NCBI GenBank assembly: GCA_004294855.1
Contig: SHOI01000001.1
Location: 6,111-70,110 of the forward strand
Reading direction: 5' to 3'
Source of the DNA: Sphaerochaeta sp.
GTDB taxonomy: Bacteria; Spirochaetota; Spirochaetia; Sphaerochaetales; Sphaerochaetaceae
DNA: 64,000 nt
Shown here: piece after piece, positions 49,475-59,437 of the stretch
Layout: the number at the start of each line of letters is the position of its first letter
Numbering within the stretch: the stretch's first letter is position 1
Program-made: the position numbers and the translations under genes
The notes under the pieces: generated by a model
The model's database searches: none
Seen by the model: only the letters and a program-made list of their open reading frames with translations
What the model was told of the DNA's origin: nothing

Positions 49475-50482
49475 ATGAAAAGAGTACTCGTTTTTCTTTT
49501 AATCGCTTTGTTTGCCGTCGGACTCGTATTTGCCGCCGGTGCGAAAGAAACAAAGAGTGATGATTATGAGATCGTCGTTGTCCCGAAAGACGCATCAAAC
49601 CCATGGTTCGTGCGGATGAAGGTCGGTGTCGATGAGTATGCGAAAGAGACCGGCTTGAATGTATATCAGCGAGGAACACCTCAGATCGATGCTACATTGC
49701 AGGCGCAGTTGGTTCAGGACTTGATCGCTCAGGGCGTTGATGCGATTTGTGTGGTTCCCGTCGACCTCGAGTCGATCGATCCGGTTCTTGCCCAAGCCCG
49801 AAAAGCCGGAATCGTCGTCATCACCCACGAAGGAGCGGACCTTGAGAACGTCGATTATGACATCGAAGCGTTCAGCAACACCGGATACGGTGCGTTCATC
49901 ATGGACAACCTTGCCGAAGCGATGGGTGGCGAAGGATTGTACACTACGATGGTCGCCTCGCTGACCAACGGTTCCCACAACGAGTGGGCCGATGCGGGTG
50001 TCGCCCATCAGAAAGCGAAATATCCGAAGATGACCTTGCTCGAAGCGGACAAGCGCGTCGAATCGTTCGACAACGGAGACGTTGCCTACAACACGGCCAA
50101 AGAGCTTTTCAAGAAGTATCCCAACCTGAAGGGAATCATGGGAACATCCTCCTATGACGCCCCGGGTGTCGCTCGTGCGATCGAAGAGCTTGGTCTTGTT
50201 GGAAAAGCATTCACCTCCGGCACCGGAATGCCGCTGGACAACGCCGAGCTGCTGAAGAGCGGCGTCGTCAAGTCCCTGACGCTCTGGGATCCCGCACTCG
50301 CCGGCAAGGCGATGATCGCCCTGGCGGTGAAGGTCCTCAACGGCGAGCAGATCACCGGACCGGTGAACCTCAATGTCGAAGGATATGAAGCCCTCCAGTT
50401 CAAGACGGGAAGCAAGACCGTCCTCGAAGGCGAAGGCTGGATCGTAATCAACGCAGCGAACGTCTACGACTTCGGATTCTAG
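49475..50482 (+). CDS. Sugar ABC substrate-binding protein (LsrB/RhaS-like)
   Basis: Signal peptide, VPKDASNPWF, QGVDAI, LWDP. Confidence 0.9.
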   Translation: MKRVLVFLLIALFAVGLVFAAGAKETKSDDYEIVVVPKDASNPWFVRMKVGVDEYAKETGLNVYQRGTPQIDATLQAQLVQDLIAQGVDAICVVPVDLESIDPVLAQARKAGIVVITHEGADLENVDYDIEAFSNTGYGAFIMDNLAEAMGGEGLYTTMVASLTNGSHNEWADAGVAHQKAKYPKMTLLEADKRVESFDNGDVAYNTAKELFKKYPNLKGIMGTSSYDAPGVARAIEELGLVGKAFTSGTGMPLDNAELLKSGVVKSLTLWDPALAGKAMIALAVKVLNGEQITGPVNLNVEGYEALQFKTGSKTVLEGEGWIVINAANVYDFGF

Positions 50483-50500
50483 TGTTGTTACTATCCGATT

Positions 50501-50533
50501 ACTGTCCTGTCAAAGACTCTTTGGCAGGACAGT
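50501..50533 (+). terminator. Intra-operon hairpin after the binding-protein gene
   Basis: ACTGTCCTGTCAAAG-ACT-CTTTGGCAGGACAGT. Confidence 0.7.
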
Positions 50534-50581
50534 ATCGTGTTATACTGTAGCTTACAGAACTACCACCACGAGGTGATATCG

Positions 50582-52066
50582 ATGGCAGAGACGTTATTAC
50601 GAGCCCAGTCAATCTATAAGTCGTTTGTCGGGGTTCAGGCATTGAAGGACGTGTCGTTCTCGATCAAGCGCGGGGAGATCCACTGCCTCGCCGGTGAAAA
50701 CGGAAGCGGAAAATCGACCCTGATCAAGATCATCAGCGGCGTGTACACCCCCGATTCCGGACACATCGAGTTTGATGGACATCAGTACTCCAAAATCACT
50801 CCGATCGAGGCGATCAATCTTGGAATTCAGGTCATCTACCAGGACTTCTCCATCTTCCCCAATCTGACCGTGATGGAAAACCTCGCTATAAACACCGAAC
50901 TGGCCGCAAACCGCAAGTTCGTGAATTGGAAGAGAATTCGGCGGGTAGCCGAAGAAGCTCTTGCAAAAATCAACGTCCGGATTGATCTGGATGCATATGT
51001 CGGATCATTGTCGGTCGCGGAAAAGCAGATCATCGCGATCAGCCGGGCCCTCATGTTCAACACGAAGCTGATCATCATGGACGAGCCGACGACCGCCCTT
51101 ACCAAAAAAGAGGTGAGGAACCTGTTTGCCATCATCCTTCAGCTGAAAGAGCGCGGCATCGCCACGCTGTTTGTCAGCCACAAGCTGAATGAAGTTTTTG
51201 AAATCTCCGAGAACTTCACCATCCTTCGCAGCGGCGAGCTGGTTGCGACCGGCTCGACGAAGGAGCTGGATGACAAGAAGTTCTCCTACTATATGACCGG
51301 TCGGACGTTCGAGTCCCGGCGGTTCACTCCCGAAACGGTCACCAAGGAACCGATTTTTGAAGCGGACCGGGTCGGCATTCCCGGGTCATTCAAGGATGTT
51401 TCGTTCGCCCTTCATGGGGGCGAGATCATCGGAATCACCGGACTGCTGGACTCGGGACGGACCGAGCTGGCTCTTTCGATGTTCGGAATGAAGCCGATCA
51501 GGGAGGGGGAGTTCCGGGTGAATGGATCCAAAGTCGAGCTCACCACCCCCAGAGAGGCGATTCGCCATGGGATCGGATACGTTCCCGAGGACCGCCTCAG
51601 TGAAGGGCTCTTTCTTCCCCAGCCGATCGGGGACAACATCGTAATCACCGAACTCGATTCATTGACGAAAAGGTTCGGTGTCATCGATACCGATCGCCGT
51701 GATGAAGAGATCCGCACGTGGGTTAAGAACCTTGCGATCGCTACTCCCAATCCCGACAACGCGTGCCAGACCCTCTCGGGAGGAAACCAGCAGCGGGTGG
51801 TGTTGGCGAAATGGCTGGCGAACAATCCCCGGATTCTTGTCCTCAACGGCCCGACGGTCGGCGTGGATATCGGCTCCAAACATGATATCCATACGATTCT
51901 CCAAGAGCTGGCGAATGAGGGGATGGGGATCATCATCATCACCGACGACTTGCCGGAAGTCGTCGAAAACTGCTCAAAAATCCTGGTAATGAAGAGCGGG
52001 AAGATCGTGGCCAAGCTCGCCGCCGAAGAAGCGGACGAACAGAAGATCCTGGCGTATATGTTGTAG
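50582..52066 (+). CDS. Sugar ABC ATP-binding protein (RbsA-like)
   Basis: GENGSGKST, MDEPT, VPEDR, LSGGNQQ. Confidence 0.95.
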   Translation: MAETLLRAQSIYKSFVGVQALKDVSFSIKRGEIHCLAGENGSGKSTLIKIISGVYTPDSGHIEFDGHQYSKITPIEAINLGIQVIYQDFSIFPNLTVMENLAINTELAANRKFVNWKRIRRVAEEALAKINVRIDLDAYVGSLSVAEKQIIAISRALMFNTKLIIMDEPTTALTKKEVRNLFAIILQLKERGIATLFVSHKLNEVFEISENFTILRSGELVATGSTKELDDKKFSYYMTGRTFESRRFTPETVTKEPIFEADRVGIPGSFKDVSFALHGGEIIGITGLLDSGRTELALSMFGMKPIREGEFRVNGSKVELTTPREAIRHGIGYVPEDRLSEGLFLPQPIGDNIVITELDSLTKRFGVIDTDRRDEEIRTWVKNLAIATPNPDNACQTLSGGNQQRVVLAKWLANNPRILVLNGPTVGVDIGSKHDIHTILQELANEGMGIIIITDDLPEVVENCSKILVMKSGKIVAKLAAEEADEQKILAYML

Positions 52067-52079
52067 GGAGGGAGACGGA

Positions 52080-53123
52080 ATGAAAGGCGGTACACCGACA
52101 TTGCTGAAAAAACTGACTCGACGAAACGAGTTCTATGTATTTCTCGTTCTCCTTGTGCTCTGTTTGCTGATTGAAGTCCGATCGGGACAGTTCTTCTCGC
52201 CCAACAACCTCGTCGACATCGCTTCGGCGATGATCGTTCCCGGGCTGTTCGCGATCGGAGCGTTCCTGGTCATCGTTTCCGGAGGGGTCGACGTTTCCTT
52301 TCCGGCTCTTGCGAGCCTGACGATGTACGCGACCACGAAGATGCTGCTTGACGCCAACTACCAGGGGGGAGCGGCGCTTCCGATCGCGATCGCCTTGGTG
52401 ATCGGAGCCGTTCTGGGAGCGTTCAACGGGTTGTTCATCGGGTACTTCAAGCTTCCGGCGATGATCGTGACCCTGGGGTCTTCCAGCGTGTTCAAAGGCC
52501 TGATGCAGGGAGCCCTCAACTCGAAACAGCTGACGGTGATTCCCCCGGGGATGAGACGATGGGGAACCACCGCCCTCTTCATCGCCCGCAACCCCGTCTC
52601 CGGCCTGACCAGCAGGATGTACGTCACGTTTATCGCATTCATCGCGGTGCTCGCCCTCGTCTTCTTCCTGCTTCGGTTTACGATGTTCGGAAGGGGGATC
52701 TATGCGATCGGGGGCTCGGAGGTCAGCGCCCACCGGGCGGGCTTCAATGTCATCCGGACCAAGGTGATCATGTACGTTCTGGTCGGCATGATCGCCAGTC
52801 TTGCCGGAATCATCCGAGCCAGCATGATGCAGCAGGCCCACCCGACGAACATGCTCGGAATGGAGATGAACATCATCGCGGGCGTCGTCCTGGGAGGGAC
52901 CGCCATCACCGGCGGCCGAGGCACCCTGACGGGGTGCATGCTCGGAACGCTCCTGATCGTTATCGTTGAAAACTCGATGATCCTGTTGGGTATTCCCACC
53001 TCGTGGCGAAGCGTTTTCACCGGTGTCCTCATCATCGTCGGCACGGGAGTCAGTGCCTATCAGACGATCGTGATGAATCGCTCCAAGCGGGTGCAGAAAG
53101 CGGAGAAGGGGGTAGCGGCATGA
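52080..53123 (+). CDS. Sugar ABC permease
   Basis: GGVDVS, GRGIYAIGG, VVLGGT. Confidence 0.94.
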   Translation: MKGGTPTLLKKLTRRNEFYVFLVLLVLCLLIEVRSGQFFSPNNLVDIASAMIVPGLFAIGAFLVIVSGGVDVSFPALASLTMYATTKMLLDANYQGGAALPIAIALVIGAVLGAFNGLFIGYFKLPAMIVTLGSSSVFKGLMQGALNSKQLTVIPPGMRRWGTTALFIARNPVSGLTSRMYVTFIAFIAVLALVFFLLRFTMFGRGIYAIGGSEVSAHRAGFNVIRTKVIMYVLVGMIASLAGIIRASMMQQAHPTNMLGMEMNIIAGVVLGGTAITGGRGTLTGCMLGTLLIVIVENSMILLGIPTSWRSVFTGVLIIVGTGVSAYQTIVMNRSKRVQKAEKGVAA

Positions 53124-54139
53124 CCACACCGACTATGTTGAAAAAGGCTCAAAGCATCTATCGAAGCGATCGGCACGTATGGCGGCTCATCATCATGATC
53201 ACCCTGTGGATGATCTTCATGGCGATCACCCGCTTCAGAAAATTCTATACGTTGATCAACTTCCAGACGATGGCCGCCCAGTTCCCCGAGTTCGGACTGA
53301 TGAGCCTGGGGATCATGCTGGCGATGATCACGGGGGGAATCGACCTCTCCGTTGTCGGAACCGCCAACCTGACCTCGATCCTGATGGCGTTCCTGTTGAT
53401 CAACCTCACGACGGCAACCGGAGGGCTGCCGGCGTATGCGATTCCGCTCGTCTTCCTTCTGGCGATTCTCCTGGGTGCGGCGTTCGGACTGTTCAACGGA
53501 CTCTTGATCTCACGATTCAATATTCCGCCGATTCTGGCAACGATGGGAAGCGGCGAGCTCTTCACCGGGATCTGCATGGCGATGACCAACGGGAATGCGA
53601 TCAGCAAGTTTTCCCGCACCTACGCCAGAACGATCAACAACAGGCTGCTGGACATGATCCCCGTTCAGCTGATTATCTTCACCGTGATGGCGGTGATCAT
53701 CTGGTTCCTCCTGACCAAGACCGCCTACGGTTCGAAGCTGTATCTTCTGGGAACGAGTCCGACCGTCGCCAGGTTCAGTGGATTGAAAACCAGACAGCTG
53801 CTGATGCAGACCTATATGATCTCGGGCATCTGCGCCGCCTTGGGCGGAATGATCATGCTCGCCAACTACAACTCCGCCCGGGCGGACTATGGAACGGTCT
53901 ACACCCTCCAGTGCGTGCTCATCGTCGTCCTTGGAGGAGTGAGTCCCGTGGGAGGACGGGGAAAGATCAGCGGAGTCGTTCTGGCGATCATCCTGCTTCG
54001 GCTCCTAGAGACGGGGTTGAACCGGTTCCCGAAGATCAGCAGCTACTACATCTCCCTGATCTGGGGCGGCGTGCTGATTCTGGTGATGGTGCTCAACTAT
54101 TTCACCGAGAACGCCAAAGTGAAGACGGCAAGCATATAG
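53120..54139 (+). CDS. Sugar ABC permease
   Basis: GGIDLS, IPPILAT, VVLGGVS; ATGA overlap with upstream gene. Confidence 0.94.
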   Translation: MTTPTMLKKAQSIYRSDRHVWRLIIMITLWMIFMAITRFRKFYTLINFQTMAAQFPEFGLMSLGIMLAMITGGIDLSVVGTANLTSILMAFLLINLTTATGGLPAYAIPLVFLLAILLGAAFGLFNGLLISRFNIPPILATMGSGELFTGICMAMTNGNAISKFSRTYARTINNRLLDMIPVQLIIFTVMAVIIWFLLTKTAYGSKLYLLGTSPTVARFSGLKTRQLLMQTYMISGICAALGGMIMLANYNSARADYGTVYTLQCVLIVVLGGVSPVGGRGKISGVVLAIILLRLLETGLNRFPKISSYYISLIWGGVLILVMVLNYFTENAKVKTASI

Positions 54140-54147
54140 GAGGAACT

Positions 54148-54909
54148 ATGAAGAAGATTCGAGTACTGTTGGCCGGAGAGTCGTGGGTCACCTTTTCAAC
54201 CCATCACAAAGGATTCGACCGCTTTGCCGCAGGCATGTACGATAACGGACAGCGATATCTGGAAGCCGCTTTGAAGAGCGATCCTTCGATCGAATACGTC
54301 CATATGCCGGGCCATGAAGTGAGTGAGCGGTTCCCCTTCACGATGGAGGAGCTGAAAGAGTGGGATGTGATCATCATCAGCGACATCGGATCAAACTCCT
54401 TCCTTCTTTCGAACAAGGTGTTCCTTGAGGGAAAGAAGGAGGCCAATCGGCTTCAGCTGCTGAAGGAGTGGACTTCAGGCGGCGGAGCCTTGGTGATGTG
54501 CGGCGGATATCTTTCGTTTTCCGGGTTTCAAGCGAGCGCGAAGTTCTTCCGGACCCCGATCGAAGAGGTGCTTCCGGTTGACATCTACACGTTTGACGAC
54601 CGGGTGGAGACGCCTGAAGGAACCGAGATAACGATCGTCGATCCCAAGCACCCGATCGTCAAAGACATCAAAGGTCCCTGGCCGAACTTCCTCGGCTACC
54701 AGGAAGCACCGTTGAAGAGTGACGCCCACCTGATCGCTCAAAGCCAGTATGGACACCCCCTGATCGCCGTGCGAAAGTACGGAAAGGGAACATCGATGGT
54801 CTGGATGAGTGACATCGGCCCGCACTGGTGTCCGCTGGAGTTCACGCAATGGGAAGGGTATGCAACGTTCTGGAGGAACGCAGTCCACTATCTGGCTAAC
54901 GACTTGTAA
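54148..54909 (+). CDS. DUF1355 / GATase1-like protein
   Basis: VLLAGESW, ISDIGSN, GGYLSFSG, DDRVE, SDIGPHW; GGAGG RBS (the long ORF from 53179 is a spurious extension). Confidence 0.85.
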   Translation: MKKIRVLLAGESWVTFSTHHKGFDRFAAGMYDNGQRYLEAALKSDPSIEYVHMPGHEVSERFPFTMEELKEWDVIIISDIGSNSFLLSNKVFLEGKKEANRLQLLKEWTSGGGALVMCGGYLSFSGFQASAKFFRTPIEEVLPVDIYTFDDRVETPEGTEITIVDPKHPIVKDIKGPWPNFLGYQEAPLKSDAHLIAQSQYGHPLIAVRKYGKGTSMVWMSDIGPHWCPLEFTQWEGYATFWRNAVHYLANDL

Positions 54910-57793
54910 AGGCCTTTTTAAGGAAGCAATCCACAAGATCCGGGTCCAACACCGTCCCCTTCATGCCCTTCAGGCTTGCGACTGCGACTGATTTGGGAGT
55001 TTGTTCAGAGGTGGAGTTGGGGTCGGTGAGGTTTGCCCATGCATTCGCCACTGCGATGATTCGGGCGTAGAGCGGGATCTCCTCGCCTTTGAGCCCTCGG
55101 GGATAGCCATTCCCGTCAAACCGCTCGTGATGATAGAGCACCGCCTCGGCAAGCGGGGCGTATTCATCCAATGAGCGGAGGATGTTATACCCGATCTCGG
55201 GGTGGCGCCTCAGCTCCAGAGTTTGAACCTGCGTGAGCTGGGAGGTTTTCAGGCGGAGGATGTTCTTATTAATCGCGATCTTCCCCAGATCATGGAAGAG
55301 GGCGGCTTTTTCGATCAGTTCGACCTCTTCACTGCTTAGTTGGGTCTGCATCGCCAGATCCTTGGCATAGGAGGAGACCAGTTTGTTGTGCTCCTCGATC
55401 GACTCCTCTTTTTCATAAAGCTGATCCAAGATGGAAACGATCATCTGCCGTTTGTACGTGACATTCTCCTTGAGCTTGTTCCGGTACATCCGGTCTTCCG
55501 CGGTCTTGAACGTCGTTTCAAAGCCTTCTTCAGTGTTGTGCTGAGCGGAACCGAACGCCACGCTGATGAGCAGGTTCCGCACCTTCTCTTTTTTCAGCGC
55601 ATTGTTGATCCGATTGAGAATCGTCTCGGCGTGCTCGGCATCGGTCTGCGGCAGCAGGAGAACGAACTCGTCACCTCCCACTCGGAAGATGATGTCATTC
55701 TCCCGGCATGTCCGCTTCATCACCGCAGCGACTTTCCTCAGCAGCTCGTCACCGGCATCATGACCGAACGCATCATTGGTGAGCTTCAGACCGTTCACAT
55801 CGGCGAGAACCAAGGTAAGGGGTTGGTATGGTTCGTTGTTGATCTCTTCTTTGATCCGGTCGAAGTGGCGGCGGTTGTAGAGGCTGGTAAGGGGGTCGGA
55901 GATCGAGAGAGTCCTCATCTCCTGCGCTTTGGTTCGATCTTCGGTGGCATCGCGGAAGACGATCACCATTCCATACAGCTCGCCGTCCTTGCCGATGATC
56001 GGTGAGGCGTGGTCGGAAATGTAGCGCTCCACTCCGTCTCGCGCCACAAGGGTCGCCTGATCACCAAGGCTCAGGGACTCCCGTTTGGAGAGGACGAGCT
56101 GGGCAAGATCCGGGGTGCGTTTTCTCCGATCGGTCGGAACCAGATGGAAGATTTCCGAAAGGGGACGCCCGATCGCCTCTTCCGCTTCCCAGCCGATCAG
56201 GTGTTCCGCCGCCTCATTGATGAATTGGACAATTCCCACCTCATCGGTCGAGATCACTCCCTCGGCGACGCTTAAGAGGGTCGTTTCAAAGAGCATCCGT
56301 TCATACAGCACCTTGTGCTCCATGTCGCGTTCGTTGGTGATGTCATCCATCAGCATCGCCACGAACCCCGGTTCGGGCTGATAGGAAGAGATTCTGAAGT
56401 ATCGGCCGAACAAAAGGTCCTTCGTCTCGAAGATGACACTCTTGCCGGTAATCCCGACATTGAGGTTGAGCTCGACCAGTTCCTTGGAAAGCGGCGGTGA
56501 CAACGTCGACGCCGGTCGATGCAGAATCTCCTCGTTCGGCACACCGATGAACTCCGAGTGCGCCCTGTTCGCCCGAACGATCTCAAAATCGACCACCTCT
56601 CCCGCCTCGTTATGGATCAGCCGCATGTAGGCCAACCCCTGATCCATCGTGTCGAACATGGCCTTGAGGTCTTTCATATCCTGTTTGGGAGCCAGAGCGA
56701 GGGTGACCTGTTCGGTGATGTCGTTGTAGGTACCGACGATCTCAAGGGGCTCGCCATCGCTTGAGCGGCGCGAGATCTGTCCCCGGAGCATGAACGTGAT
56801 CGGATGGCCGTCCTTGTGGATCATTCGCACCATGGTGGTCAGGTGCTCGCTCTTGCCCATGAGGTGGGTCTGATAATCGATAGCCAACTTTCCGATGTCA
56901 TCGGGGTGGAAGAACTGGGAATACTGTATTGCCGTCATGCCCTGAATCCGCTCGGGGTCATAGCCGAGCAGCCTGATGAATCGCTCTTCCGGTGTGATGA
57001 CGTCGTTTTCAAGATCCCAACTGTAGGAAAAGAGGTTGGAGCATCGAATCGCTTCTTCATAGCGGTCGCGCTCAAGGCGGAGTGACTCCAGATGTTTTTC
57101 CTGACCGGTACGATAGCGGTGCAGTTCCCTGAGGAAAAGAAAACTTCCGACAAACAGCAGCGGGATGCCTACGGAGGGAATAAGGAAGATGCTTACCCAG
57201 TTTACATACTGCCAAAATGAAAAATCGTCATATGCCTTTTCAAGGCTCATCCGCTCGTGTTCCTGAAGCGTCCCGATAAGAGTTTGCAGCGTAAATGAAG
57301 CGTTGCTTGAATGAGCAAGCAAATCTTGAATAATGTCATCTTTGAAGATAAGCGAAGGGTCGTCTTCAAAGACCGACCGGCGCTCGAACAGCGGAGTGAT
57401 ATGGTAAATAAGCGTCGCATTGTAGGTATTTCGGATTTCCTGAAGCAGGCGGTGTTGCTCCGGATCATTCTTGACCACACATTCAATTTTCGAAAGTGTG
57501 GAGACGTATGCCTGATTCTGGGTTTCAAACGCTTCGAGGTAATCATCCGTTCCCGCAAGAAGGTGTCCGCGCTGGGCAAGCCGGATCGATTGAAAGATAT
57601 GTTCCAATGTATACAGCTCCGTGATCAGATGATTGGCATCCATAATCCGCTTGTTGAGGTCGCTGACTCGATGATTCACCATGAAGTTGATGTGCATCAT
57701 GACCGCCAGTGCAAGAAGGACTATAACGATGCCAATGACAAAAAGCTGAACAAAGCGCGGTTGCTTTTTAATGATGATTCCCCCTCTCCTCAT
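54896..57793 (-). CDS. CHASE3-like-PAS(x3)-GGDEF-HD-GYP signalling protein
   Basis: TM-QRGHLL-TM, HPDD PAS, DVNGLK, RVGGDEF, HDLGK, HHERFDGNGYP; start uncertain. Confidence 0.88.
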   Translation of the reverse strand: MRRGGIIIKKQPRFVQLFVIGIVIVLLALAVMMHINFMVNHRVSDLNKRIMDANHLITELYTLEHIFQSIRLAQRGHLLAGTDDYLEAFETQNQAYVSTLSKIECVVKNDPEQHRLLQEIRNTYNATLIYHITPLFERRSVFEDDPSLIFKDDIIQDLLAHSSNASFTLQTLIGTLQEHERMSLEKAYDDFSFWQYVNWVSIFLIPSVGIPLLFVGSFLFLRELHRYRTGQEKHLESLRLERDRYEEAIRCSNLFSYSWDLENDVITPEERFIRLLGYDPERIQGMTAIQYSQFFHPDDIGKLAIDYQTHLMGKSEHLTTMVRMIHKDGHPITFMLRGQISRRSSDGEPLEIVGTYNDITEQVTLALAPKQDMKDLKAMFDTMDQGLAYMRLIHNEAGEVVDFEIVRANRAHSEFIGVPNEEILHRPASTLSPPLSKELVELNLNVGITGKSVIFETKDLLFGRYFRISSYQPEPGFVAMLMDDITNERDMEHKVLYERMLFETTLLSVAEGVISTDEVGIVQFINEAAEHLIGWEAEEAIGRPLSEIFHLVPTDRRKRTPDLAQLVLSKRESLSLGDQATLVARDGVERYISDHASPIIGKDGELYGMVIVFRDATEDRTKAQEMRTLSISDPLTSLYNRRHFDRIKEEINNEPYQPLTLVLADVNGLKLTNDAFGHDAGDELLRKVAAVMKRTCRENDIIFRVGGDEFVLLLPQTDAEHAETILNRINNALKKEKVRNLLISVAFGSAQHNTEEGFETTFKTAEDRMYRNKLKENVTYKRQMIVSILDQLYEKEESIEEHNKLVSSYAKDLAMQTQLSSEEVELIEKAALFHDLGKIAINKNILRLKTSQLTQVQTLELRRHPEIGYNILRSLDEYAPLAEAVLYHHERFDGNGYPRGLKGEEIPLYARIIAVANAWANLTDPNSTSEQTPKSVAVASLKGMKGTVLDPDLVDCFLKKAFTSR

Positions 57794-57897
57794 TATAGCA
57801 AGAGACGTCGCTAAAACAAGAAAAAAATATATACCCCCATGCGATACCGAAAATCAAAAGGAGTATCGACCTGGAGGGAGAACGTATTTGCCTTTCG

Positions 57898-57918
57898 TAA
57901 TGATAATTAGTATCATTA
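57898..57918. promoter_or_regulatory. Fur/PerR-type box upstream of peroxiredoxin
   Basis: TAATGATA-ATTAG-TATCATTA inverted repeat. Confidence 0.7.
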
Positions 57919-57949
57919 AGGTATCAGTATTACTATGAGGAGTAAAACC

Positions 57950-58624
57950 ATGGAAGAAATCACTAAAGCAACCGGTTTGCCCTTGATCGGCGACCCCGCT
58001 CCGGCGTTCCGGGCGGTTACCACCCAGGGAGAGATCAACTTTCCGGAGGATTACAAGGGAAAGTGGGTCATCCTGTTCAGTCACCCCGCCGACTTCACCC
58101 CGGTGTGCACCACCGAGTTCATGACCTTCGCCTCGATGCACGATGAGTTCAAGGCGATGAACACCGAACTTGTCGGGCTTTCGATCGATTCGCTGTACGC
58201 TCACATCGCGTGGCTGCGAAAGATCCAGGAGCTCGAATGGAAAGGAATGAAGAACATCGAAGTGAAGTTCCCGGTGATCGAGGACATCAAGATGGATGTC
58301 TCCCGCAAGTACGGGATGGTTCAGAGCCAGAGCAGCACTCAGGCGGTTCGAGCGGTCTTCATCATCGACCCGAAGGGCATCGTCCGGACGATCCTCTTCT
58401 ATCCCGCCGCGATCGGCCGGAACTTCGATGAGATCAAGCGGGCGGTTCAGGCGCTCCAGAAGGCGGACAAGGATGGCGTAGCAACCCCGGCGGACTGGAG
58501 ACCCGGTCAGGATGTCATCATTCCGACTCCCGGCTCCTGCGGAACGGCGAAGGAGCGGATGGAAAGTCAGGACGAGAAGATGTACTGTTTGGACTGGTTC
58601 CTCTGCTTCAGGAAGGAATCGTAA
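57950..58624 (+). CDS. Peroxiredoxin (Prx6 subfamily)
   Basis: FSHPADFTPVCTTE, GRNFDE, TPADW, C-terminal CLDWFLC. Confidence 0.95.
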   Translation: MEEITKATGLPLIGDPAPAFRAVTTQGEINFPEDYKGKWVILFSHPADFTPVCTTEFMTFASMHDEFKAMNTELVGLSIDSLYAHIAWLRKIQELEWKGMKNIEVKFPVIEDIKMDVSRKYGMVQSQSSTQAVRAVFIIDPKGIVRTILFYPAAIGRNFDEIKRAVQALQKADKDGVATPADWRPGQDVIIPTPGSCGTAKERMESQDEKMYCLDWFLCFRKES

Positions 58625-58660
58625 GGATCACGGAAAGGGGGGAGCTTTCACCGGCTCCCT

Positions 58661-59437
58661 CTAATATTGCTCAGCGATGTAGACGCCCTCAAGGGCTTTA
58701 TCGGTGGCCATGCCCATCGGAACCGGGTAGCCGTTCTCCAGAAATGATTCGAACGGCGAAGCGGACAGGGCATGAATCGTTGAGATTCCCCGTCGGGCAA
58801 GGATGCCTAAGAGCAGGCGGGCAGCTTCCCTGTTCAACGCGAATGCTTCGACCGCCTTGTCCTCGAGGATGAACGCATAGCCGTCTTCAACATAGAGCGT
58901 CTCATACCCGTCGATGAGAAACCCCCACGTCAGCTCATCCCGGTCGAGCGAGCCGCAGCGGTACGTCGCGCTTCTATAGATTGGTTCCAAGTCATCCGGG
59001 GTGGCGAACCTCTTTTGGCGCTCGTTCAACGCCAAGGTGGGCGGAATCGCGTACGCCCGGGCGGTCGAAGTAGTGAAATACCCATGCTTCTCATAGTAGG
59101 GCCGGAGGGCGGGAAAGAGGGTGATCGGATGGGGATAGGAAGCTTGAACACGCTCCAGCAGCCTGCCCATGATTCCCCGGTTCCGATGGGATCGAAGCGT
59201 CGCCGCTCCGACGATGAAGGAGCAGGGGTTCGTAACCCCCTCTTTCGTAAAGGAGCTTGGAAGGGCATGGAGGGCGGAAACGATCCTTCCTCCGTCTTCC
59301 GCCACGAAGACATGGTTCGGATCGAAGCGGGTCGAAAAGAACTTCTCAAGAAAAGCCGGTTCCTCGCTGAAGACAACGTTCCACAGCTCCTTGAGCTCAT
59401 AAAACTCCTCCCAAGCCGCTTTTCGATAGGTGGTCAT
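58661..59437 (-). CDS. GNAT family acetyltransferase
   Basis: GAATLRSHRNRGIM, LFPA...YYEKHGY. Confidence 0.88.
   Translation of the reverse strand: MTTYRKAAWEEFYELKELWNVVFSEEPAFLEKFFSTRFDPNHVFVAEDGGRIVSALHALPSSFTKEGVTNPCSFIVGAATLRSHRNRGIMGRLLERVQASYPHPITLFPALRPYYEKHGYFTTSTARAYAIPPTLALNERQKRFATPDDLEPIYRSATYRCGSLDRDELTWGFLIDGYETLYVEDGYAFILEDKAVEAFALNREAARLLLGILARRGISTIHALSASPFESFLENGYPVPMGMATDKALEGVYIAEQY

Noticed and set aside
51838-51870. Second Walker B reads LNGPT instead of LDEPT
   Set aside because: A degenerate second nucleotide site is common in RbsA-type ATPases
53179-54147. Apparent N-terminal extension making a 576-aa fusion
   Set aside because: Off-frame overlap of the permease; the real start is 54148 with a strong RBS
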